From NCBI GenBank assembly GCA_963849325.1, contig CAWKHF010000010.1:224001-288000 (forward strand): 64,000 nucleotides of DNA. Direction: 5' to 3'. This document shows positions 50,501 to 61,143 of the stretch, in pieces (position 1 is the first letter of the stretch; each line of letters starts with the position of its first letter). A program made the position numbers and the translations under genes. The notes beneath the pieces are model-generated. The model made no database searches. It saw only the letters and a program-made list of their open reading frames with translations, and had not been told where the DNA came from. Source of the stretch: an uncultured Planctomycetota bacterium. GTDB lineage: Bacteria; Planctomycetota; Planctomycetia; Gemmatales; Gemmataceae.

Positions 50501-51457
50501 TCAGACCGGGGATGTCTCCACCTCGTCCGCCGTGGTCCCGCGCAAGCGGAGCCAGGCGCCGCGGGCCAGGTTGAACCAGCCGTCCAGCTTGGCGGCCAGC
50601 GTCGAGTCGGTATCCGATTCCTCCACGAAGAAGCGCCCCCAGGTAAAGGGGTCACTGTGCGGCCGAACGAGAACGGCTGCGGAGGAGAGGCTGCACAGCA
50701 GGCCGGCACGCCGGGCCGCGGCAATGAGAGTGGGGCCGGCGATGTCGAACGGAAACGAAAACGTCGCGTCCACCAGGCCGAAGCGCGCGTGCAGCACCTC
50801 CAGAGACGTGCCGATGTCTTGGACCATCGCATCGGGCCGGCCACGGAAGACGGCATGGGTATGCGTATGAGATCCCAGGTCGATGAGTCCCTGTCCGAGC
50901 ATCTCGGCGCATTGGGCCGACGTCAGCGGTTTCCACGACTCGGCGGGAACGTCGGGTGAGCCGGCGGACGGCCAATCGTCGAAAGGGAAAGGAGGGCCGC
51001 TGTCCAGGTAGGCGGTGGCCAGGAAGATCGTGGCCGGTACGCCGAGCGCGCGCAGGATGGGCCAGGCCCAATGGTAGACGCACTCGTAGCCGTCGTCGAA
51101 AGTCACCACAAACGTCCGAGGAGGGATCGGTCGGCCGGCGCGATGGAAGTCGAGAACCTTCCGCAGCGGCCACGCCTGATAACCCCGGTCGAGCAACCCC
51201 TCGATCTGACGCTGAAATCGTCGCGGGGTCACGTTCCACGTCGGCGCGGTGCCTCGGTCGGTCCACGGCATCGTCCGGTGATAACCCAGGATGCCCACCG
51301 CTCCGCCGGCGCGACTGCCGAGCAGCCGGGTCAGACAGCAACCTACCTCGCCAACGGCCCACTTTCCCGCCGCCTTGAGACGTTGCCGCGAACGAACCTT
51401 CTCACCGGCTCGATGCACCTGCGATTCTCCTTCTCCACTTCTTGCGATCCCATTCAT
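50501..51457 (-). CDS. Polysaccharide deacetylase (CE4)
   Basis: ILGYHR, VVTFDDGY, PATIFL.T, GSHTHTH. Confidence 0.88.
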   Translation of the reverse strand: MNGIARSGEGESQVHRAGEKVRSRQRLKAAGKWAVGEVGCCLTRLLGSRAGGAVGILGYHRTMPWTDRGTAPTWNVTPRRFQRQIEGLLDRGYQAWPLRKVLDFHRAGRPIPPRTFVVTFDDGYECVYHWAWPILRALGVPATIFLATAYLDSGPPFPFDDWPSAGSPDVPAESWKPLTSAQCAEMLGQGLIDLGSHTHTHAVFRGRPDAMVQDIGTSLEVLHARFGLVDATFSFPFDIAGPTLIAAARRAGLLCSLSSAAVLVRPHSDPFTWGRFFVEESDTDSTLAAKLDGWFNLARGAWLRLRGTTADEVETSPV

Positions 51458-51507
51458 CGGCGATCCTCTACTCCTTTGACCTCCGCGCGAATGCCCCCCA
51501 CACGGAG

Positions 51508-52644
51508 CTAGTCTGTGTGGACCCACTCGGGCGGTGATCCTCCGCCGAGCAGCCAGCGGTACGTCTCCAGCATCCTCCGTCCGATGCGCTCCCAGGAAAA
51601 TTCCCGTTCCATCCACTGCCGGCCGCGCCGTCCCCGATCGCGCAGCTGCTCGGGCGTCAGGGCCAGCGCCGACCGAAGGCATTCGGCGAGCGAATCGACT
51701 CCCTGTTCGATCCACCAGCCGCACCCTCGGGTTTCCAGGTCCGCCCAGGGTGCGCCCTTTGTCACGACCGCCGGCAGTCCGTGCGCCAGCGCCTCGGCGA
51801 CGGCGACGCCGAAGTTCTCCGAGTGGGTGGGAAGGACGAACAGCCGTGCCTGCTGAAACTCCTTCGTCTTCTCCGACCCGAAGGCGGGGCCAGGGAAGTG
51901 GACCCGACGCAGACCGAGTTCGTCCGCCAGTTGCTGGAGCCGGGCGAGATAGCCGTCTTCGTCCATGCCGACGATGCGCAAGTCCCAGTCGGGAAATCGC
52001 GGTTCGAGCTGCTGCCAGGCTTGCAGCAAGATGTCGAGGCCTTTCACCGGATGAAGCCGGCCGATAAAGAGTAACCGTTTGCGTTCGTCCGCGTCGGGGA
52101 GGCTCGCCGGCTCGGGGAGGATGTCGATGCCGTTGGGAATGACGGCCACCGGCCCGCGCAGGCCGGCGGCGCGAATGTCGCGGTACTCGCTCTCCGCCGT
52201 CGCATGAAAACAGTGCGACGCCCGCACGGCCCTCCCCTGGGCGAGGAGCCACATCAATCGTTTCCTCCAGGCGGACCATTGCAGCGCCCACGGCGATAGG
52301 GTGCCGCGCGGCGACGTGACGAGGCGGCAGGACGTCCCGCGCGTCGCCCACGCCGGATAGACGTTGGGCAGCATCCACAGGCTATGATTGTGCATCACGG
52401 CGGCCCCACTCGCTTCTCGCCTCAGCTCGCGCCGCATCGCCGGGGACACGCCCAGCTCATTCGGGAAATGCCAACCCCGGTGGGCGTGGATTCGGTACGC
52501 TTCCGGCGCAACGTCCGTCGGGGCCAGGACGTGCAGATGGACCTCGGCACCCAATCGTCCCACGGACTCACACAGTCGCGGGACGCTGTACGCCGGGCCA
52601 CTGGCTTCATCCGCTATCCGCGGCACTATCTGGAGGACCTTCAA
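51508..52644 (-). CDS. Glycosyltransferase family 4
   Basis: HNHSLW, SPRGTL, IPNGID, LFIGRLHPVKG, LPTHSENFG..VAEALA.GLP. Confidence 0.93.
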   Translation of the reverse strand: MKVLQIVPRIADEASGPAYSVPRLCESVGRLGAEVHLHVLAPTDVAPEAYRIHAHRGWHFPNELGVSPAMRRELRREASGAAVMHNHSLWMLPNVYPAWATRGTSCRLVTSPRGTLSPWALQWSAWRKRLMWLLAQGRAVRASHCFHATAESEYRDIRAAGLRGPVAVIPNGIDILPEPASLPDADERKRLLFIGRLHPVKGLDILLQAWQQLEPRFPDWDLRIVGMDEDGYLARLQQLADELGLRRVHFPGPAFGSEKTKEFQQARLFVLPTHSENFGVAVAEALAHGLPAVVTKGAPWADLETRGCGWWIEQGVDSLAECLRSALALTPEQLRDRGRRGRQWMEREFSWERIGRRMLETYRWLLGGGSPPEWVHTD

Positions 52645-52709
52645 AATCTTACCTCATCTTTGGGTCCGGCCCCGCCATGCCACACATCGATACAAATCGC
52701 GGTTGGAAA

Positions 52710-53774
52710 TTATTGGTTCAGTAACTGGGTCAAGAGCGGCAAAAATCTTCTTTTGAAGGAACGATAGGCGAATTGTTCGCGCCAACGCTGCTGACCGTTC
52801 GACCCCAGTAGCGCCGCCCGATCGGGGTTCTTCAATAGATAGATGAGGCGCTCGGGCAACTCATCGGGCTTATCCAGATCCACGTTGTAACCCGTCACTC
52901 CGTCCAGGTTGATCTCGGGCGCGGCGTCGTGAATGGAGGCGACCACCGGCAGGCCGTAGCGCATGGCTTCCACATAGACGAGGCCAAATCCTTCGCCGCG
53001 ACTGGGCATGGCGAAGACGGTGCTTTCGCCCCAGATCTTGGGCAAGTCCTGGTCCGGGACGAAGCCGGTGAAGACGATGTGGTCGGCAACCGGCGACTCA
53101 CCGGCACGACGGCGGAACGCCTCCTGACGGGAGCCGCCGCTAACGATCAGCAGCCGTGCATCGGCGACGGCGCCGACCACTTTCGGCCAGCAATCGATCA
53201 ATTCGCGGTGTCCCTTGTAGTCCTCGTCCATCCGCCCGAGGATGACAACCGTGGGCTGGCACGCGCCGGCCACAACCATCGGCGGAGCAGCATCGGTCTC
53301 CGTTCCCAGCCAGCAGACCTCCGCGTGTCCGAAGCCTATGTGCAGCTTGTCGGCTCGTTCGCGGGTGTACGCGCTGTTGGCGATCAGGACAGCGGCGCTG
53401 CGGGCACGGCGCAGGCGGGAAGCATTGGCCTTCTCCCATACCTCGACCCCGTGGACCCAACTCAAAAAAGGACGCCGAAATAGAGGAAGGCGCCAGTGTG
53501 CCCGCGCCATGGCCAGGGAGTCGTACAGAAAATGCCGGCTGGACAGCGCCGCCTTTCGCACCTCCCAAATAAATCGTCCGCGCGAGCCTCCCGCGCTCCT
53601 CGTCGGCAGATAGGCGTCGGGGACGTCCTCGTCCAGCAAGCTCACCGCTCGCGCCCGGAGACGTCCGGCCTCTGCCTCCTCGGCCAGCACGCGGCCCATC
53701 AGGCGCGCGACGCGGGCGATGCCGCCGTTGCCGGCGCGGAGAGTGGCCGCCGCGAGGAGAACAGGCGCGGACAT
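52710..53774 (-). CDS. Glycosyltransferase family 4
   Basis: GGIARV, VHGVEVW, NSAYT, GR...YKGH, MPSRGEGFGLVYVEAM. Confidence 0.92.
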   Translation of the reverse strand: MSAPVLLAAATLRAGNGGIARVARLMGRVLAEEAEAGRLRARAVSLLDEDVPDAYLPTRSAGGSRGRFIWEVRKAALSSRHFLYDSLAMARAHWRLPLFRRPFLSWVHGVEVWEKANASRLRRARSAAVLIANSAYTRERADKLHIGFGHAEVCWLGTETDAAPPMVVAGACQPTVVILGRMDEDYKGHRELIDCWPKVVGAVADARLLIVSGGSRQEAFRRRAGESPVADHIVFTGFVPDQDLPKIWGESTVFAMPSRGEGFGLVYVEAMRYGLPVVASIHDAAPEINLDGVTGYNVDLDKPDELPERLIYLLKNPDRAALLGSNGQQRWREQFAYRSFKRRFLPLLTQLLNQ

Positions 53775-55348
53775 CAGGGCCCTCCCGAACCGGCGTCCGT
53801 CATTCCCGGCCGCGTATGCCCCATCACCAGACGGATGAGTCCGTAATAGAGCAGATAAATAACGACGCCGTTGAGATACCCGGTTGCGAACCAGTCGTCG
53901 ATGTGGGCGCCAAGGCGCACGCCCATGAAGGCGCACGGTAGGAGCAACCATTCCGAGCGGACCAGGGCACCCAGCGCCATCCGCGACAACCAGGTGAAAA
54001 GGACGCCGACGTAGGCGCACGTCGCCAACAGCAGCGCCCAACCCCCGTTCCAGTAGGACTCGCCGAAGATGCCGATGCCCGTATGGCTTTCGCGGTTCCC
54101 GACGGCGATTTCCGTAAAGTCGGCCCCCGGTTCGAGCACGGGTTTGTCTGGCCACAGAAAGCGCGGCACCAGGCCATAAACGCACAGCTCGAACGAATCC
54201 CCCGGCCGCTCTCGATCGTACAAATACATGGCCAGCGCTTCGACGTTGGTATAGCACAACCTCGTCCACCAACTGCCTTCCTGACTGAATTCCATCTCTC
54301 CACTCGACCATTGGTCGAGTCCCCTGTGGACGATGTCCAATCGTTCCCCAAAAGAGGCATGATAATAATCGCCGTGCAGGAGGATGACCTCCTCGCGCCC
54401 CCAGGTGACGAGGGGCACGAGGAGAACGTAAGCGACAAAGGAGAGCGCCGCTCCGTAGAAGAGATCGATGATTTTTCCTCGGGCCAGATAGCGGCCGAGG
54501 ACGGCCATGACCAGGGTCATGACAAACGCTTCCTTGTTGAAGCGCAACAAATCGACAAACAATTCCGCGAAGAAGACCAACCAGAATAAATGACCCCAGC
54601 GGCCGCCGGATTTGCTGGCCAGGTAGGCCAGCATGAACACGCCGAGGGAAACGAGGTTGCAGAGGGACATGAGGACGCCCGGCAGGACAAAACTTAAACG
54701 TCCGAATTCGTAGGGCAAGATCAGGAAATACTGGAGGGGGAGCCCGACGCTCAGGAATACGTAAGTCGCGGCCTCGGCGCGCACCTGGTTGATCCGAGGC
54801 GAAGGCTTGGCGATGTGCCGCCGGGCGTGTCTGTCCGCCAGCCGAGAACTCGCCAGAAAAAAGGCCGTGATGACAAAAATGCCAACGGTATTGAGGAGAT
54901 TGGTGCGCCAGATCTCGTCCGGGATGACCGGGTGCATGTCGTCCATGCGGGCGATCATCTTCTCGCTGCCGAACTCATAGGCGAGCGCCCCGAAACCAAA
55001 AAAGGCCCCGGAAGAAGTGACGAACCACGGTATGGGGGTCCAGAGGGTGCGCGAGTTGGCACGCACGATGTCGAAGGCGGTCCACAGAGAGACGACGAAC
55101 AACGTCGCCGGCCCCATCCGGTTCACGAACTGTCGCCAATCCTCGCCGGACAGGAAATAGCCACTCAGGTAGAGCAAGCACAACACGCCCGTGACCCGCA
55201 AAAATCTCCCCATCGCCCGGTAGTTCATGGCGAGGACGTCCGGCGCGACGGCTCGTCCGACTCCCGACGCCGGAACCTCCTCGGCCGGACTCGCGCGTCC
55301 ACTTCGCCCCGCGACGGGGGCCACCGGCGCCGACTTGAGTTGGATCAT
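53774..55348 (-). CDS. Putative Wzy-type polysaccharide polymerase (multi-TM)
   Basis: About 11 TM helices, K...WGR, VPRFLWPDKP and GIFGESYWNGG; position inside a Wzx/Wzc operon. Confidence 0.65.
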   Translation of the reverse strand: MIQLKSAPVAPVAGRSGRASPAEEVPASGVGRAVAPDVLAMNYRAMGRFLRVTGVLCLLYLSGYFLSGEDWRQFVNRMGPATLFVVSLWTAFDIVRANSRTLWTPIPWFVTSSGAFFGFGALAYEFGSEKMIARMDDMHPVIPDEIWRTNLLNTVGIFVITAFFLASSRLADRHARRHIAKPSPRINQVRAEAATYVFLSVGLPLQYFLILPYEFGRLSFVLPGVLMSLCNLVSLGVFMLAYLASKSGGRWGHLFWLVFFAELFVDLLRFNKEAFVMTLVMAVLGRYLARGKIIDLFYGAALSFVAYVLLVPLVTWGREEVILLHGDYYHASFGERLDIVHRGLDQWSSGEMEFSQEGSWWTRLCYTNVEALAMYLYDRERPGDSFELCVYGLVPRFLWPDKPVLEPGADFTEIAVGNRESHTGIGIFGESYWNGGWALLLATCAYVGVLFTWLSRMALGALVRSEWLLLPCAFMGVRLGAHIDDWFATGYLNGVVIYLLYYGLIRLVMGHTRPGMTDAGSGGP

Positions 55349-56425
55349 GACCGCAACACCTTTTCTGTCGGCGCGACGAGGAGGTCCGAGGATGGCGCTT
55401 CCATTAACACTCTAACCCGATCCACAATCTCCTTAACGCGGTCGGCGCTGCTGTATCCGCTCGACAGACAACGTGCCCGGCCAGCGGCGGCGATGCGTTG
55501 GCGCTCCTCCTCGTGTTCGAGATAGTAGCGTGCCTTGGACACCAACTCGTCCTCCGAGGAAAAGAACTCCGCTTCTTTCCCTTCCTCGAAGAGCGCCTGA
55601 TGCTCTTCGGTGCGCTGGGCGAGGAGAAACGCGCCGCAGGCGGGGATCTCGAGAGAGCGCGTGGTGCTGCGGTCGGGACAAAGGGGCGATAGAAGTCCCA
55701 GGCCGATTTTGGCGCAGCTCAGGGCCAGCGCGTAGTCGCGGCCGCCGACCTGCCGACCGCGAATGTATCGTTGCAGCTCCGGGGCACGGCAGCGCTGCCA
55801 AGAGTGGCCCCAGATCGCCAGATGGAAACCTGCTCGTGCCAGAGGGCTGAGATACTGTTCGCGCCCCTGCCCATACACTCCGGCAAAAACCGCGTCGGCG
55901 GCATACCGGGATGCCTCCGCCGGCGTCGGGGTTGGCGGTTGATGGACGTTCTCGATCGTAGCTGGGATATTGCAGCAGTACCTGCGCGCTCCGTAGCGTC
56001 GGTAATGCGGCACCTCATAAGCCTTGGTAGTGACAATTAGATCGTATTCGGGAATGGCATGCAGAAAGTGTCGGGTTCGATGAAATACAATCGCCGGATC
56101 GGGTGTGTAATGAACGAGGATTCGGGCGCCGACGCTGCGTACTGCGCAGCGTCTTCGAGGACACCCACACTCCTTTATCGATCCACAACACATCGGGCCA
56201 GCAGTACCGCGCCGCACGCACGATTTGGCGATTGAGTCCCCACAAGGGCGGTCCCCACTTCAGGCGGCGGAAAGGCACCCCGATCCAACGTCCCCCCCAG
56301 CGGTAATAAGGAAGCGCCTCCAGCGGCACCATATCCATGCCGAGCCGTCGCACTTCTTCCATGCGCATCCGACACGTCGAGACGTAGCCTTCGGGGTTCA
56401 ACTCGCCCACGTACAAGATTTTCAT
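55345..56425 (-). CDS. CgeB/Glyco_trans_1_2 family glycosyltransferase, frameshifted
   Basis: MKILYVG, PDVLWIDKG, HYTPDP, D.STTRSLEIPACGAFLLAQRT.EH..LFEEGKEA. Confidence 0.85.
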
Positions 56426-57849
56426 CTTCCGTCACCCCCCGCGGGGTTTCCGCGTGAGACCCTGCCAGCGAGACAGATCGCCAGCAGCGCCTGGACGGCA
56501 TAGGCCGCGGCCGTCGCCATCGCCGCCCCCCACAGGTGCAGGCTGGCGATCAACGGGATTCCGAATGCGATCGTCCCCAGTGCCGCCGCACCCTCCGACC
56601 AAAGGACGTGATTGGGTTTCTTGCGGGCGAGGCTGATAGTGTTGAAAACGTGGGACAGGACCATGAGCGAGAAACCAACCGCCAACATCGGCATAATGGC
56701 GGTCCCCGACCGATACCTGGACCCCAACAACCATTCACTGACATATTCGCGCAGAAAGAACACACCCAATACACCCGCCAAGCACATGCCGGCGGTTGCA
56801 CCAATCCACAGACGCAGTGCTTGCTTCTCGACCGATCGGTCCCCCCGTGCAATCGCGTCATAATACACCGGACGCAGGGCCTGGAGCAGTATTCCGCTGC
56901 CCATCAGAAACGGACGACTTACGAGTCCGTAGGTGGCGGCGTAAATCCCCACTTGTTCCGGGCCGGCCCATTCGCCCAGGAGATAACGATCGGCCAGGGC
57001 CGTGACCCAATCGAGGATGCCCGAGGGGACCAGAGGACGGGAGTAGCAGCGGATCTCGTCAGCCAGTGCCTGGCGGGCCACGGTCTCCTCGGGATCGCTT
57101 CGCACCAACTCCCGCTGTCGCGCCAGCTGATAGACGAGCACAATACCCGCCGTGGCCACGGCGTATCCGGCGAGCAAGGCCGTCGGGGTCACGCCGAGGA
57201 CCAGGACGGCGAGCAGTCCCAGACCCGGCCGGGCGCAGCTCTCGACCACCCTCCACACCGCGACCGCCCGTTGCCTCCGCGCCGCACCCAGAAGACTGGT
57301 TTCATACGTGCTGAACACTTCGCCCACCAGCAGCACGGCGAGGACCACAAATACTGCGAAGGATAGCCCCGTCCACAGCGACCAGACGGCCCCGCCGACG
57401 AGGATTAGTCCGATCAGGATGCCGCAACTACGCCGGAGGCTTCGGCCCACCGTGCGCGCAGACGCGGCACCTGTCCCTCGCGGGCCAGCTCCGGGTAGAA
57501 GCGCATGGCCGCTTGCAGCAGAGGATTGCAGAAGAGGGTCGAACCCAACGTGGCGATACCGATCAGCAGGCTGACGGTCCCGAACACTTCCGGCGAAACG
57601 AACTCGGTCAGAAGACGGATGCCCAGGAGCAAGCCGGCGACGGAGACGACCTGTCCGAGCGTGACCCAGAACCGTGTCGCCGAGAAGTCGTTTTTTCCCC
57701 GGCGAAACGTCGCGCCACACGCTCCACCCTCCGGACCACCTGACCGAAGGCCGGAACTCGACCGAATCGGGCGCGGAGACGGATCGCCGCCCCGCGCCGA
57801 GACCGGCCGCGACAAGCTCTTTTTCCTCCGACCCCTTCTCCGTTCCCAC
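56422..57849 (-). CDS. Wzx-type flippase / polysaccharide biosynthesis protein, frameshifts near 57470 and 57690
   Basis: GIRLLTEFVSPEVFG and ADRYLLG...VGIYAATY motifs; many TM helices. Confidence 0.82.
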   Translation of the reverse strand: MGTEKGSEEKELVAAGLGAGRRSVSAPDSVEFRPSVRWSGGWSVWRDVSPGKKRLLGDTVLGHARTGRLRRRLAPGHPSSDRVRFAGSVRDRQPADRYRHVGFDPLLQSSAASGHALLPGAGPRGTGAASARTVGRSLRRSCGILIGLILVGGAVWSLWTGLSFAVFVVLAVLLVGEVFSTYETSLLGAARRQRAVAVWRVVESCARPGLGLLAVLVLGVTPTALLAGYAVATAGIVLVYQLARQRELVRSDPEETVARQALADEIRCYSRPLVPSGILDWVTALADRYLLGEWAGPEQVGIYAATYGLVSRPFLMGSGILLQALRPVYYDAIARGDRSVEKQALRLWIGATAGMCLAGVLGVFFLREYVSEWLLGSRYRSGTAIMPMLAVGFSLMVLSHVFNTISLARKKPNHVLWSEGAAALGTIAFGIPLIASLHLWGAAMATAAAYAVQALLAICLAGRVSRGNPAGGDGR

Positions 57850-57861
57850 AGAGCTTCTCCT

Positions 57862-58638
57862 TCACCACAACCGCGACAACCACCCTCGGCCTTTTGGTTC
57901 CGGTTTGGGTACGCGCAACGGCAACCCTTGCAGAAGGGCCATGCCGAAGGTGCTGCAAACGCGGTCGGCGACGGCACTGCCGGCCCAGAGCCGGATCTGG
58001 TGGTAAGCCTCCGCCATCCGCGGCGGTCGTCGGGTGGGCGAGTGGCCGTCCGAACCGAGGCAATGGACAATCCCGCGCTGGAACCAATCCTTGAGCGCCT
58101 TGGCATCGGCCCGGCTTCGCGGCCGGGTCACACTGCCGGAGGACACCTGCACCAGGCATTCGGCCTCGATCAGCTGCTCGATCGCTCCCGGTTCGTGCAG
58201 CAGTTCCTCATTGCGCTCCGGGTGGGCCAGGATGGGCCGGACGCCCCGCTCGACCAGTCCCCGAACCGTCGCCTTCAGGTCGATGAAGCAGCCGTGCGGC
58301 ATCTCAATGAGCAGATAGCGCCGCCGATCCGCGACGCTCAACAGACGCCCCTCGGCCCAGGATAACTCGATGTCCGGATGTACCATGACCTCGGCGCAGG
58401 GGAATACGACCAGGGGGATGTCGGCATCCTTCAGCGACCGCAGCAGACGGTCCCAGCCCGCGCGGATGCGGTCGGGCGTCACGTCGGGCCAATGATCGTT
58501 CTGATGGGCCGTCGCCGCAACCATGCGCGTTCCCTCGGCGTAGGCGAGACGGCACATGGCCAGTGCATCCTCGTCGGTGCGCGGTCCATCGTCCAGGCCG
58601 GCCAGCAGATGACAGTGCATGTCGATCAGGGGAATCAT
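57862..58638 (-). CDS. CpsB/CapC PHP-family tyrosine phosphatase
   Basis: IDMHCHLL.GLDDG, ATAH, YLLIEMP, ILAHPERN, GSDGH. Confidence 0.93.
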   Translation of the reverse strand: MIPLIDMHCHLLAGLDDGPRTDEDALAMCRLAYAEGTRMVAATAHQNDHWPDVTPDRIRAGWDRLLRSLKDADIPLVVFPCAEVMVHPDIELSWAEGRLLSVADRRRYLLIEMPHGCFIDLKATVRGLVERGVRPILAHPERNEELLHEPGAIEQLIEAECLVQVSSGSVTRPRSRADAKALKDWFQRGIVHCLGSDGHSPTRRPPRMAEAYHQIRLWAGSAVADRVCSTFGMALLQGLPLRVPKPEPKGRGWLSRLW

Positions 58639-61099
58639 CGGTCCCTCCGGCAGCCGGCGCCGGCGCGATCCGCGCGGCGCCGCCTCCCTCATGCCTCGGG
58701 ACCGGACGTCCCATTGGTTCCGGGCGCCGCCTCCGCACCTTCGACACGCACGCCGCGCGTGCGGTCGTTCGGTCGCCGGCGTCCTCCCCCTCGTCGTAGT
58801 AGCCGGAACTTCCCGCGTAGTAACCGTAAGCGTGCTTGCCCTGCTCCTCCTGGTTGGCATTGACGATCACGCCAAAAATCGTCACGCCGAGCGTGGTGAG
58901 GACTTCCTTGGCGCGTTCGGCCTCGACGCGGCCCCTTTTCGCCGAGCGCAGGGTCAGCAGGACACCATCGACTTGCGGCCCGACAACGCCGGGATCGGTC
59001 ACCGCCAGCAGGGGAGGCGTATCGACCAGGACGTAATCGTAGCGTTCGCGCATCCAGGCCAGCATTTCCGCGAGGCGGGGCGAGGTCAACAGTTCCGCCG
59101 GGTTCGGCGGGGTGGGTCCGCAGGGCAGGACGGATAGGCCGGGGATGGCCGTTTCCTGAATGGCCTCGGGCGGCTCCGCCCGCCCCTCCAGCACGGAGGC
59201 GAAACCGATCGCGCTGGAGATCTGGAACAGTTTATCGACGCGCGGCCGGCGCAGGTCGGCATCGACGAGCAGGACGCGCTTGCCCGACTGGGCGATGGAG
59301 ATGGCCAGGTTGGCGGCCAGGGTGCTTTTGCCGTCGCCGGCGTTGGGGCTGGTGACCTGGATGACCTTGAAGCCCTCGCCGCGCGTGCTGAAATAGAGGG
59401 CGGTTCGCACGCCGCGATAAGCCTCCGCCTCCTTCGACTTCGGCCGATACCAGGCGCACAGGCTCGGGTCCAGGACCACGCTCGCTCCGACGGGGACCAC
59501 CTTCGCGGACTTGGTTCCCTGCTTGAGCACGGGGATGACGCCCATGACCGGCAGACCGAGCCGGCGGCGAACGTCTTCGGGCGAGCGGAAACTCTTGTCC
59601 GTCAGCTCGGCCAGGTAGGCCAGGCCGCCTCCCAGAAGCAGCCCCAGCAGTGCGGCCATCGGCAGCACGAGCGAGCCGCGCGGGGCGACCTTCTCCGCTA
59701 TCGTCGGCGGCGTAATCACCTGGGCGTCAAATCCGCCGAAACTGCTGATGACGTCTAATTCTTGCAGGCGTTTGATGATGTTGTCGTACAGCAGCTGGCT
59801 GCGGTCGATGGAGCGGCGATAGGCGTCGTCCTGGGTCTCATAGGGGAAGGCTTTTTTGGCCTCGCGCAGCTCGGCCTCGAAAAGGACGTCCAGGGATGCG
59901 GAGGTGCGTTTCACTTCCTGGAGTTCCTGCTTGAACTGGGCGATTTTCAAATCGACCATGGTCTCCTGGGCTCGGGCATCGCGCTGGCGCTGCTGCGGCG
60001 TGTCGGCTTCCGCAGTGGTGGAAGGGGCCAGCAGGCTGCGGATGGTCTGCATGCGCTCGCGGACCTCCTTGACCTGGGGATACTTGGGACCATATTCCTC
60101 CAGCAGCTCGCCTTCGCGCAGTCGCAGCTGGACTAGCTCCTGCTCCAGCGTGGCCGGCAGGGTAGCGGCGGAGGTCATTTCTTCCGTCATCCGCGCACCG
60201 GGCCTCTTCCCGGTCATCGGCGTCCGCGGCACCGGCGTGACGCCGGGCAGTGCCGAGACGACCTCCAGCAGTTCCGCCCGCGAACGACCCTGCGTCAGCG
60301 CGGCATCCACCGCGTCCAGCGTGGCCCGGATCTGCGTGGCGCGGACGGTCAGGGCCGCCCGCTGGGCGTCGATGTTCCCCAGCCGTTCCTGGTGCAGCGT
60401 GGTCCCGTACTGGGTCTTCCACAACACCGGCGTGTTCCGCCGAAAGTCGGCATACGCTTTCTCCTTCTGCTCCAGGTCGTTCTGCACGAGATCGCGGGCC
60501 TTGGTGATGAGTTCCAGCGCTTCCTTGGTGGAGCCGCGCGTGCTGTTGTTGAGGAAATCGTGGTAGCTGTCGATGACGGAGGCCAGCACTCGACCGCAAT
60601 CCTCGGGATGGCCACAGCGAAAAGATATATTAAGGATCTGACTATTGGAATAACGACCGGCGCTCTTGTCGCGGTCGCGGTTGACCTTGAGCGACTCGAC
60701 GAGGTTGTGCGCCGGACGGGTGCTGGCCTGGAAGGTCGGCAGGTCGGCGAGTCCGCCCTTGGCGAGGGCGTTGTTGATGACCACCGAACTGCGGATCACC
60801 GTCTGATGCGTGTCCAGGAAGTCGTCGGTCGGCGCCGGGACGGCGGCCCCATTGGCGTTGGCCGCTCCCGGGGCGGAGATGGGCGTGTCCGGCCGTTTCT
60901 TGAGGACCAGGATCTGCGCCGACGATTCATACGTCCGCGGCGCCATGGCGTAGTACAGCACACCCAGCGCCACGCCGATGACGACGCCAAGCGAGACGTA
61001 GGCCTTGCGCTGCCACAGGATCTCCCACAGGCTCGGGCCTGACGCCGCGAACGAAGCATCGCTCGCGGGGAGTGAGTCCGGCAACCGATTGTACGTCAT
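58635..61099 (-). CDS. Wzc-type polysaccharide co-polymerase / tyrosine autokinase, frameshift in C-terminal tail
   Basis: Two TM segments, coiled coil, EAYRGVRT, Walker A TSPNAGDGKST, VDADLRRP, VDTPPLL, and Tyr cluster YGYYAGSSGYY. Confidence 0.93.
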
Positions 61100-61143
61100 G
61101 TTGTTCTCCTCTGACCGTTGAGCGGCGGACGGAAAGAACCGTC

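Noticed and set aside
50501-52378. 625-aa ORF as a large deacetylase fusion
   Set aside because: The N-terminal half is out-of-frame overlap with the GT4 gene; the real start is near 51457.
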